In this document: positions 1-10,010 of the stretch, one piece after another | How the letters are laid out: the number at the start of each line of letters is the position of its first letter | Position numbering within the stretch: position 1 is the first letter of the stretch | Assembly: GCF_001194135.2 (NCBI RefSeq) | Contig: NC_068989.1 | Span: 11,937,484 to 12,001,483 of the forward strand | Direction of reading: 5' to 3' | DNA from: Octopus bimaculoides | Lineage: Eukaryota | DNA: 64,000 bases | Made by a program: the position numbers and the translations under genes | The notes under the pieces: generated by a model | Database searches by the model: none | Told to the model about the DNA's origin: nothing | What the model saw: the letters and a program-made list of their open reading frames with translations, nothing else

Positions 1-478
1 AGCCTCGTGACTGGCACAAAGTGATTTGATTTGGGAATTGATCCGGTTCCGGACAAGGATTCTGAATTATTTGTTATATTTACTTTACTTGATTACGATC
101 TTACGATACCTTTGTAGTCTTTCTCAATTATCTCCCTTTTGGGTGAAACTATTTTGAATAGTGAATTTGTTAACTTTAGCTTGTATTGGATAAGGATAAA
201 CTATTTATTACTATTAATAAATTTTCTACAGCCATCTTCACATTCCATCACTACTATTGGAATCGATCAGGTACTGGACAAGGATTCTGGATTATTTTTC
301 CGTTTTTTTTTTTACTTAATTTTTGAGAGTGGTCGGGTTCATTATTAGCATTCTCGTTTGGGAGATCAGTCGAGTTTACTTCAGATATTCTCATTTTAGA
401 AATCATCTTCGGCTAATCGTTGAGAGGAGGTTGGTGATGTCTTGGCGGAGGTTTGCGCTCTCTGAGTGCTCTCGTTTT
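1..478 (+). mobile_element. 3' part of a non-autonomous Helentron/HINE (DINE-1-like) element
   Basis: Ends in CTTGGCGGAGGT (441-452, subTIR-like), then stem-loop GCGCTC-TCT-GAGTGC (455-469) and a T-rich end. Internal repeat GGACAAGGATTCTG(A/G)ATTATTT near 51 and 276. Architecture matches HINE elements as I recall them; no database check. Confidence 0.55.
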
Positions 479-679
479 CAAATGTTTTTATGCATACATT
501 TTGTACAGTGTGTATTTAGAGATTGTTTTCCTACATAAAGCATTCCGTGTTGTTTGATCGTTGGTGATGTTTAAAAAATTCGACGGAGGGCATTACGCCA
601 TATAATATGAAAGTCACTCAGAGATTTCATTTCGCTGTACGGGATGTTGTTTTACGATAAGATTCCGTAATGCGCTCTT

Positions 680-775
680 GTATGTATATATGTATGTATG
701 CATGTATGTATGCATGTATGTATGTATGTATGCATACATGCATGCATGCATCTATATTTATGTATGTATGCATGC

Positions 776-851
<76 letters not shown>
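680..851. repeat. compound (TATG)n/(TA)n microsatellite
   Basis: Directly visible tandem units. Confidence 0.95.
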
Positions 852-855
<4 letters not shown>

Positions 856-1574
856 AAGTATGTGTGTGTGGATATATGGATGACTGCATGTGTCTATGTT
901 ATTGTGTATGTTTGTTTGTTTTCACCTTTTCCGATGTTTCTAGATTGAACTAATTTCTTTCTATTTTATTTTATGCTTCATTTCAATTTCATTAGGTATC
1001 GCCATGATATTTTCGTGTTCGTGTTCACAAACCTGAACAAGATAATTGCTAAACTTTTACCTCTGCTGGAGACGTTGCTTCGGCAATACGATTTGGGTCT
1101 GATATCATGTTAATACGAATATTATACTATGGCCGCCCTCCTTGCGTGGGAAAAATATAGTCTATCTAAAACACCAGTGATGTTGAAATTTCCTGTAACT
1201 TTGAGTAGTTTCCGAGTTGACAATACTTCTATCTTGATATGTTCTCGAGTACAAAGAAAAGCTGAAAGATGTTTTAGGATTTAGGTGTTATTGTAACGGT
1301 ACTTCCTTTCTAGAATAAATGAGGCAATTTTAAAATGGTTTTGTAGGATTGGAATCTCATGCTGCTCAACATTCTGTGATATGGTAAATGACAGGATGTC
1401 ATGTTTAAATTTAGAACAAGAAAAAGAATTCCAAATTATGTTATTGTTAAAAACAATCATGCATAATATTTTCTTGTATTTCTAAAAGTGTTATAGAATT
1501 GTTATCTGCTTAATTAGATACCATTTACGGCTCCATTAAAATATCCAACTTACTGGTAGTAGAATATGTAGAAT

Positions 1575-1870
1575 GTGGTCTAGCATAAAGAAAAATCTGA
1601 AAATTCAGAAAAACTGTATTACATACGTATAAGAAGGGATGACCACTAAGTGGACATCCATTATGCTAGAAATAGACCATCTACGATCAAAACATAAAAG
1701 AAAAGAACGTTCTCTAAAGAACATTCTCTAGAGAACATTATTTTCTTTTGTGGTTTGATCACAGATGTTCTATTTCTAGCATAATGGATGTCCACTTAGT
1801 GGTTATCCCTTCTTATACGTATGTAATACAGTTTTTCTGAATTTTCAGATTTTTCTTTATGCTAGACCAC
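1575..1870. mobile_element. foldback MITE-like palindromic element
   Basis: 130-bp inverted arms 1575-1704 and 1741-1870 with about 6 mismatches (1 in the outer 100 bp); 36-bp spacer made of GAAC(A/G)TTCTCTA repeats. Confidence 0.85.
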
Positions 1871-3111
1871 TGGTTTTAAATTGGTGTTAATTAGATTAAT
1901 ATCCAATATATATCACTCTTATCATTTAAATATATATATATATANNNNNNNNNNNNNNNNNNNNNNNNNNNNNNNNNNNNNNNNNNNNNNNNNNNNNNNN
2001 NNNNNNNNNNNNNNNNNNNNNNNNNNNNNNNNNNNNNNNNNNNNNNNNNNNNNNNNNNNNNNNNNNNNNNNNNNNNNNNNNNNNNNNNNNNNNNNNNNNN
2101 NNNNNNNNNNNNNNNNNNNNNNNNNNNNNNNNNNNNNNNNNNNNNNNNNNNNNNNNNNNNNNNNNNNNNNNNNNNNNNNNNNNNNNNNNNNNNNNNNNNN
2201 NNNNNNNNNNNNNNNNNNNNNNNNNNNNNNNNNNNNNNNNNNNNNNNNNNNNNNNNNNNNNNNNNNNNNNNNNNNNNNNNNNNNNNNNNNNNNNNNNNNN
2301 NNNNNNNNNNNNNNNNNNNNNNNNNNNNNNNNNNNNNNNNNNNNNNNNNNNNNNNNNNNNNNNNNNNNNNNNNNNNNNNNNNNNNNNNNNNNNNNNNNNN
2401 NNNNNNNNNNNNNNNNNNNNNNNNNNNNNNNNNNNNNNNNNNNNNNNNNNNNNNNNNNNNNNNNNNNNNNNNNNNNNNNNNNNNNNNNNNNNNNNNNNNN
2501 NNNNNNNNNNNNNNNNNNNNNNNNNNNNNNNNNNNNNNNNNNNNNNNNNNNNNNNNNNNNNNNNNNNNNNNNNNNNNNNNNNNNNNNNNNNNNNNNNNNN
2601 NNNNNNNNNNNNNNNNNNNNNNNNNNNNNNNNNNNNNNNNNNNNNNNNNNNNNNNNNNNNNNNNNNNNNNNNNNNNNNNNNNNNNNNNNNNNNNNNNNNN
2701 NNNNNNNNNNNNNNNNNNNNNNNNNNNNNNNNNNNNNNNNNNNNNNNNNNNNNNNNNNNNNNNNNNNNNNNNNNNNNNNNNNNNNNNNNNNNNNNNNNNN
2801 NNNNNNNNNNNNNNNNNNNNNNNNNNNNNNNNNNNNNNNNNNNNNNNNNNNNNNNNNNNNNNNNNNNNNNNNNNNNNNNNNNNNNNNNNNNTATATATGT
2901 ATTATTTTAATGAGTATTACTTTGTATTTTATTATAGTTCTTTTTAGTGTATTTACTTATTAAATTTTTTCTATGGATGAGTTCGTGAACTTTGGTTCTT
3001 TTCTCTAAATTATATATTTATATATTATATACTGTGAAACTTAATTTAATTTTAATTTTTGATAAATAAAATTTAATTGAGTTTTTACTTGTAAATTAGG
3101 ATTTTTATCCC

Positions 3112-3180
<69 letters not shown>
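3112..3180. repeat. (TTA)n microsatellite
   Basis: Pure TTA run. Confidence 0.97.
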
Positions 3181-3184
<4 letters not shown>

Positions 3185-3233
3185 GGTGTTTCAAAATTCT
3201 TAAGGCAATTTCATTCTAGTTACCGTGAAGAAA

Positions 3234-3715
3234 TATTCCTTCTTGTGGTAAAGGTGTAAAATCATCATATCTCACCAGTGCTTCGCTCTAGCAGATTTCT
3301 GGCTCTTTAGCCTTCTCCCACTGTGGAAAATACCAAAGAGAATGACCCTGGACATATCCAAAGTCTACTTTTAACTAAAACCTAGGCAGCATCATTGACT
3401 GAGTTACGTTAGTAGACCGCCTGGTCGGAATAAGAATAAGAACACCAGCTCTAAGGAATAAGCGAATTCACTGGCAGCTACCGTGGAGAAAATGTATTTC
3501 TTATTCCGACCAGGAGGTCCACTTGCACAACGCAGTCACTAGTGTTGACTATGTTTTAGTTAAATTTACGTTTTCGAATCAACCCGGGGTATTTCTCTTC
3601 GGTATTTCCCATAGAAGAAGACTAAAGTGCCAGACACGCGTCTGAGAACCCGCTGGATGGAAGCATTGTGTAGATATGGTGTTTTTTTTACACCTTTTTA
3701 CCATAAGAGGGAATT
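3234..3715. mobile_element. older diverged foldback (MITE-like) element
   Basis: About 200-bp imperfect inverted arms: CCTGGTCGGAATAAGAA vs TTCTTATTCCGACCAGG; TTAACTAAAAC vs GTTTTAGTTAA; GGTAAAGGTGTAAAA vs TTTTACACCTTTTTACC. Spacer about 60 bp. Confidence 0.8.
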
Positions 3716-4071
3716 TGATGCATTCGTATAATATCTAACAGTCAGGTCTGTTGGAAACAAGGTAGAAAAACTGCTGCGCTAGCGATGCCTATTGATGTTT
3801 AAAATCCTATCCACATCTGTTCATTCGTCATTTGGACAGTAAAACACAAATTACTTTACCATTAATCTCGTATTGAATACGGAAACTTTTCGGTTTTGAA
3901 ATTATACGTGAGTCCCTCCTGATTCATATTCAGTCGCAAATACCACCAGGCACTTTTCCACTGGCTTTCGAGAGGAAGACAACTTTCAATAAACCAAGAA
4001 TTGATGTTTTATTGTACTTATGATACAGTCATACGTCTGTTGACGAAATTCATGGAACTGGCTACGCTCAT

Positions 4072-4332
4072 GATATATATATATATATAAAAATATGTAT
4101 GTGTGTGCGTGCGTGTGTGTGTATGTGTGCACGTGTGTGTGTATATATATATGTATGCGTATGTATGTATGTATATATATTATATGATTATATATACGCA
4201 AAATGTACATATATAAATGCTGATATACAAACATTATACCTATATACATATGTACATGTACATAGACGTACACACNNNNNNNNNNNNNNNNNNNNNNNNN
4301 NNNNNNNNNNNNNNNNNNNNNNNNNNNNNNNN

Positions 4333-4403
<71 letters not shown>

Positions 4404-4440
4404 TGTATGTATGTACATATATATGCATATATAAATAAGC
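4072..4440. repeat. compound (TA)/(TG)/(CA) microsatellite with gap 4276-4332
   Basis: Visible tandem units. Confidence 0.95.
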
Positions 4441-5877
4441 AGAAATAAATGAAATATACTTATAAATATCTACGTCATTGAATTACACATGAACAAGCAG
4501 CATCTCTTTGATAATTGAGACGGAAAATACACGAACGTAACTTTCAATATTTTAAATTTTGAATATTCATGCAAACTTGTACATAAGCAGTCACAGACTT
4601 TCATTCCCCCCTTAAGCATCTCCATCCTACTTATGTACATACATACATACATAAATATATATATATACATACATACATACATACATACGTACGTACGTTC
4701 ATTCGTACACACTTCAATACATTTAGAATATTCATCTTTAGCAATAATAAAATACATCTGTTTTAACAAGAGCACATACATGTCTCTTTGTCTCTCTCTC
4801 CGTCCTCCCCTGTGTGTGTGTACCCCCTCTCTCTCTCTTCGTGTGTGTGTGTGTGTGTGTGTATGTGTGTGTGTGTGTGCTTGTGTGCTTCTGTGTTTTA
4901 TGAGTGAGTCTGTTTAGTTTCTACGCGAAACAACTGAATGTTTGTTTTTGATGGACGGCTATAGATACAGCCGATATATATATGTGCATATAGTATAACT
5001 ATCGAAGAAGCTAGATACATACANNNNNNNNNNNNNNNNNNNNNNNNNNNNNNNNNNNNNNNNNNNNNNNNNNNNNNNNNNNNNNNNNNNNNNNNNNNNN
5101 NNNNNNNNNNNNNNNNNNNNNNNNNNNNNNNNNNNNNNNNNNNNNNNNNNNNNNNNNNNNNNNNNNNNNNNNNNNNNNNNNNNNNNNNNNNNNNNNNNNN
5201 NNNNNNNNNNNNNNNNNNNNNNNNNNNNNNNNNNNNNNNNNNNNNNNNNNNNNNNNNNNNNNNNNNNNNNNNNNNNNNNNNNNNNNNNNNNNNNNNNNNN
5301 NNNNNNNNNNNNNNNNNNNNNNNNNNNNNNNNNNNNNNNNNNNNNNNNNNNNNNNNNNNNNNNNNNNNNNNNNNNNNNNNNNNNNNNNNNNNNNNNNNNN
5401 NNNNNNNNNNNNNNNNNNNNNNNNNNNNNNNNNNNNNNNNNNNNNNNNNNNNNNNNNNNNNNNNNNNNNNNNNNNNNNNNNNNNNNNNNNNNNNNNNNNN
5501 NNNNNNNNNNNNNNNNNNNNNNNNNNNNNNNNNNNNNNNNNNNNNNNNNNNNNNNNNNNNNNNNNNNNNNNNNNNNNNNNNNNNNNNNNNNNNNNNNNNN
5601 NNNNNNNNNNNNNNNNNNNNNNNNNNNNNNNNNNNNNNNNNNNNNNNNNNNNNNNNNNNNNNNNNNNNNNNNNNNNNNNNNNNNNNNNNNNNNNNNNNNN
5701 NNNNNNNNNNNNNNNNNNNNNNNNNNNNNNNNNNNNNNNNNNNNNNNNNNNNNNNNNNNNNNNNNNNNNNNNNNNNNNNNNNNNNNNNNNNNNNNNNNNN
5801 NNNNNNNNNNNNNNNNNNNNNNNNNNNNNNNNNNNNNNNNNNNNNNNNNTATATATATATATATATATATATATATG

Positions 5878-6045
5878 GGAGAATATACGAAAAAACAACA
5901 ACAGACGAGGACAGGTGGTGTAAATAACAAAAGGATGTATTAATATGACGCTCGGGAATACGGAAAGTCTTTGACGTTTCGAGCTACGCTCTTCAACAGA
6001 AAGAATACCGAGACAAGGAGAAAAACACGGAGAAAAAAAAAAGAA
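5878..6045 (-). mobile_element. short dispersed element carrying a hammerhead-like motif (Penelope pLTR/retrozyme-like), copy 1
   Basis: Homologous to 9797-10010 and 58574-58701. Minus-strand 3' end runs into (TA)n. Confidence 0.65.
5968..6004 (-). ncRNA. minimal type-I hammerhead ribozyme motif (variant core)
   Basis: Minus strand reads UCUUU-CUGUUGA-A-GAGC(GUA)GCUC-GAA-ACGU-C-AAAGA: 5-bp stem I, 4-bp stem II, palindromic ACGU stem III, GUC cleavage triplet. Core deviates by A6U and has one extra A. Confidence 0.6.
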
Positions 6046-6193
6046 AAAATATATATATACTTAGATAGTTAGGTAAGTTTCGGCCAGTATTGGCACAGGC
6101 CATATTTAACTCAATGGCACCATCTGGAAAAGACATTTAAAGGTATTTCATATGAGTTATTCTTTGGGAACCTTAACCCATTAGAGTATATAT

Positions 6194-6527
6194 GAGACCC
6201 CCTTCGGTCATGACTGACCTTGAGGTTGCACCTAGAAAGTTACCCTCTCAGGCACAAGTCTGGGCAAGGTTGTTTATGGAAGACCAGCAGTTGCCCATGC
6301 ATACCAGTCTCCCCTCTCCACGCCACCAGTGTTATCCAAGGGAAAGGTAAAGGCCGATACAGCTTCGCACCAGTGATGTCATAACTGATTTCTACAGCTG
6401 AGTGAACTGGAGTAACGTGAAATAAAGTGTCTTGCGCAAGAGCACAACGCGCTGCCCGGTCCGGGATTCGAACTCACAACCTCACGATTGTAAGCTCGAT
6501 GCTCTAGCCACTGAGACACGCGCCTTT
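6194..6527 (-). mobile_element. tRNA-derived SINE family A, full length
   Basis: Minus-strand A-box TGTCTCAGTGG and B-box GAGTTCGAATCCC, core CAAGACACTTTATTTCACG...CCAGTTCACTCAGCTGTAGAAAT. Collinear with 58084-58408. Confidence 0.9.
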
Positions 6528-6534
6528 ACAACAC

Positions 6535-7825
6535 ATTAGAACAGAGAGTTATTATTTACAGAGATATGTCTGGGGGCAGGTGGTTTATCTAGAATTCGTT
6601 GAGAGATATTCGTCCAGGAACTGTTTAAACATTAAGGGCTCTTTAAACTGTTTAAACATTAAGGGCTCTTATTTTCTCTTACGTGTCATGGTATGATGTT
6701 AAAAAGAGCAGGGTCAATTGAGGTGAAGTAGTTCTGTCTGAGTGTTANNNNNNNNNNNNNNNNNNNNNNNNNNNNNNNNNNNNNNNNNNNNNNNNNNNNN
6801 NNNNNNNNNNNNNNNNNNNNNNNNNNNNNNNNNNNNNNNNNNNNNNNNNNNNNNNNNNNNNNNNNNNNNNNNNNNNNNNNNNNNNNNNNNNNNNNNNNNN
6901 NNNNNNNNNNNNNNNNNNNNNNNNNNNNNNNNNNNNNNNNNNNNNNNNNNNNNNNNNNNNNNNNNNNNNNNNNNNNNNNNNNNNNNNNNNNNNNNNNNNN
7001 NNNNNNNNNNNNNNNNNNNNNNNNNNNNNNNNNNNNNNNNNNNNNNNNNNNNNNNNNNNNNNNNNNNNNNNNNNNNNNNNNNNNNNNNNNNNNNNNNNNN
7101 NNNNNNNNNNNNNNNNNNNNNNNNNNNNNNNNNNNNNNNNNNNNNNNNNNNNNNNNNNNNNNNNNNNNNNNNNNNNNNNNNNNNNNNNNNNNNNNNNNNN
7201 NNNNNNNNNNNNNNNNNNNNNNNNNNNNNNNNNNNNNNNNNNNNNNNNNNNNNNNNNNNNNNNNNNNNNNNNNNNNNNNNNNNNNNNNNNNNNNNNNNNN
7301 NNNNNNNNNNNNNNNNNNNNNNNNNNNNNNNNNNNNNNNNNNNNNNNNNNNNNNNNNNNNNNNNNNNNNNNNNNNNNNNNNNNNNNNNNNNNNNNNNNNN
7401 NNNNNNNNNNNNNNNNNNNNNCACTGATGATTCTTACCGAGCATGATCGAATCACCACATGCTATGTTCTGTTCACCAGAAAACATTCAATTCACTTTAA
7501 TAGTTTCCCTCGGATTCCAATGTTCGAAAGCTTCTTTAACTGCATGCGATAGTCAACCTTGTTGAAGGCCTAGCTGAAATTCAGGTAGATGACAAGCTTA
7601 TTGGAGCCTTCACCCAGAGCCTTTAGGATATCATTAAAGTGATGCAGGAGCAGTGTTACGCAGTCCCTGCCGCTGCGGAAACCATGCTGTTTGGGAATAA
7701 TTGAGCTGTTACTTTCCAGGATGTGAGTTACTCGAGATCTTACCACTCTCTCAAATAATTTGACGGTAGAGAAGTAAGTGAAATCAGGCGGTAATTCACA
7801 GTTAGTGATTTATTGCGAGAGGATT
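6535..7825 (-). pseudogene. CR1/Jockey-group LINE reverse transcriptase 3' remnant spanning gap 6748-7421
   Basis: Minus translation with frameshifts: NKSLTVNYRLISLTS...KQHGFRSGRDCVTLLLHHFNDIL...IYLNFS*AFNKVD...KLSNIGIRGKLL before the gap; TLRQNYFTSIDPALFNIIP...FKQFLDEYLST...PRHISVNNNSL after it. Confidence 0.85.
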
Positions 7826-7887
7826 AAGTGTCTATAAATTTAATCCGAATGCATTATATAAAATTCGTTTATCAGGCAGATGTAGGG

Positions 7888-8008
7888 GAAAAGTCGTCCA
7901 CATCGGCGGGATTTGAACGCAGAACGTAAAGACAGAAGAAATGCCGCGAAGCATTCTGTTATTTATTTTTTTTCGGTGCGCTCACGATTCTACCAGCTTC
8001 GTCGCCTT
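7888..8008 (-). mobile_element. SINE family D, 5' fragment
   Basis: GGCGGGATTTGAACGCAGAACGTAAAGACAGAAGAAATGCCGCGAAGCATT matches other D copies. Confidence 0.8.
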
Positions 8009-8270
8009 ATATATATATATGAATTTATCTTCGATAGGATTCGAACTCAGGTTGTAAAGAGACGTATTGATATACAACTTGTATTTTCTCCCACGCTTTG
8101 CCGACACTGCTTTTCATCATCTCTCAATTCGTTATAAATAATGAGTAGAAGGTTTCTTCATCGCATCCACGAACTAATTAATTTCGCACCACTATATGGA
8201 CGTTTCTAGAAATTACTGGTTATAGGATAATAACGCTATTTTATATTAGAATTTCATTTGTGAATATGCA

Positions 8271-8283
8271 GTTGTTGTTGTTG

Positions 8284-8348
<65 letters not shown>
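8271..8348. repeat. (GTT)n(TTA)n microsatellite
   Basis: Visible. Confidence 0.95.
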
Positions 8349-8351
<3 letters not shown>

Positions 8352-9796
8352 TTTTGAAATTCCATTTAGAATAAAATGATAACTTGTAATTATAATAAAT
8401 CCAATACAAACTAATAGACAGCTACATTTGAATGAATATTAATTATTTTTTAATTTCTAAAGACCTAATTTTGTTATGTTTCCGTTCAGAAAAGCTACCA
8501 GGAAATTAAAGTCAAATTTTCTAAATTGCTTAAATTTATATTCAAATATGGATTTCAGATATCTCAGTTGATTGAATATCAAAAATAAGTTGCTGAGAGC
8601 ACAATTGTATCTCTTTACTGGCGGCACAGAGCAATATTGTAGGCCGAAATTATTAATCGTACCTTCCCATTCTACATGTATGTAGAATGTATTATGTGAA
8701 TATCGCCACAGTAAACAGCAAGTGTACTGTATAATTAACGTGTGCGTCATTAATTTGCAATGCTTAATTTAATCCTCCTTGCAAATTAATATATTCATTT
8801 CTTACATCGAGTTGGATAGGTGGAATTGTGGGAGCGCCTGACAAAATGTCTTGTAATGTTCAAATTCCAATAATTTGAAAACATTAAAAATGACGCATTC
8901 ATTGTGTGTTTCGTTTATACACCCATTAACTGCAAGATAACGTCCTACGGAACGTCCCTTCACGACGCCGAGAGATGTTTTCCACGACGCTATGCCGCAG
9001 CTAATGGGTGTATAAATAAAACACATACACGATGAATACGCCATCGATAATGTTTACGTTATTAGAACTGCTTTAATTTCAATATTTTGTGTTGTAATTT
9101 CAATTTCTATCGAGGTTAATAACCCACCCCACATTTCTTAAGTGATAAATTTTTTAAAAAGCCAAGCAAATACAGAATCGATTAAATCAGGTAACGGTGG
9201 TGTCTCCGAGACTCCTTAAAATAAAAGATTACGATTAAATATCCCGAACAAATTATCTTACAGTAAATGATATTGATCTCAAACCCTCTCCCAAAATTTC
9301 GTGGCAATTTGTCAATGTAAATACATTGTTAATAGGCAATTTTACTGTGGTATTCGTCCCGATATAACATTTTCTCAGTAAGTGTTGTGTTTAAAAGTAC
9401 CAGATATGTCGCAGGAAGACGAAATTCGTCCAAGCAGTGGCAAACGAGAACGCCAAATGCATTTGGACCTCAACGGCATTTGTCAAAATTGTGTGCTCAC
9501 AGCTATCCACATGCTTTGACAACATTTGCGTAAGATGTTATCGCTGGATGAATCCCGCAGTAAAAATGCTGTTCAATGATGTATATACATTAAGTATGAT
9601 ACATAGATGACTATACATACATGCATACATTCACGAGCATAAACACACACTTATACACATATATATACCTATATATATATATTTATGTATTTATGTATAT
9701 AAACATACACAGATACTCACATAGACACATATATATACACACACACACACTCACATACATAGATACACATACACACACATATATGTATATGTATAT

Positions 9797-10010
9797 AGAA
9801 ATGATTCAAAATGATACAAATGATAAAAACAAAATACAAAAATAGGTGAAGGAACAAGACACAGTGTATTGAATAGATGGAGGAAGTCATTAAAGTTTCG
9901 AGCCTACGCTCTTCAACAGAAAGGAATGAGGAGAGAAAACATATAGAGAGAAATAAAAAAGAAAGGACATGAAAAACAAGTTGGTGACCAATCGAAATAA
10001 GTAGCACTAA
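9797..10010 (-). mobile_element. hammerhead-motif element, copy 2 (decayed cleavage site)
   Basis: Shares TTTCGAGCCTACGCTCTTCAACAGAAAG with copy 1; minus strand CUGUUGA-A-GAGC(GUAG)GCUC-GAAAC followed by UUU instead of GUC. Confidence 0.6.

Noticed and set aside
6440-6527. tRNA gene (also 20840-20927 and 58084-58145)
   Set aside because: A/B boxes are present but there is no intact cloverleaf or acceptor stem and the sequence continues into SINE body; anticodon loops are inconsistent, so no isotype was assigned.
7422-7460. CTGATGA hammerhead core (also near 17572)
   Set aside because: No stem II, GAAA or stem I partner could be built; 7422 lies within LINE RT coding sequence.
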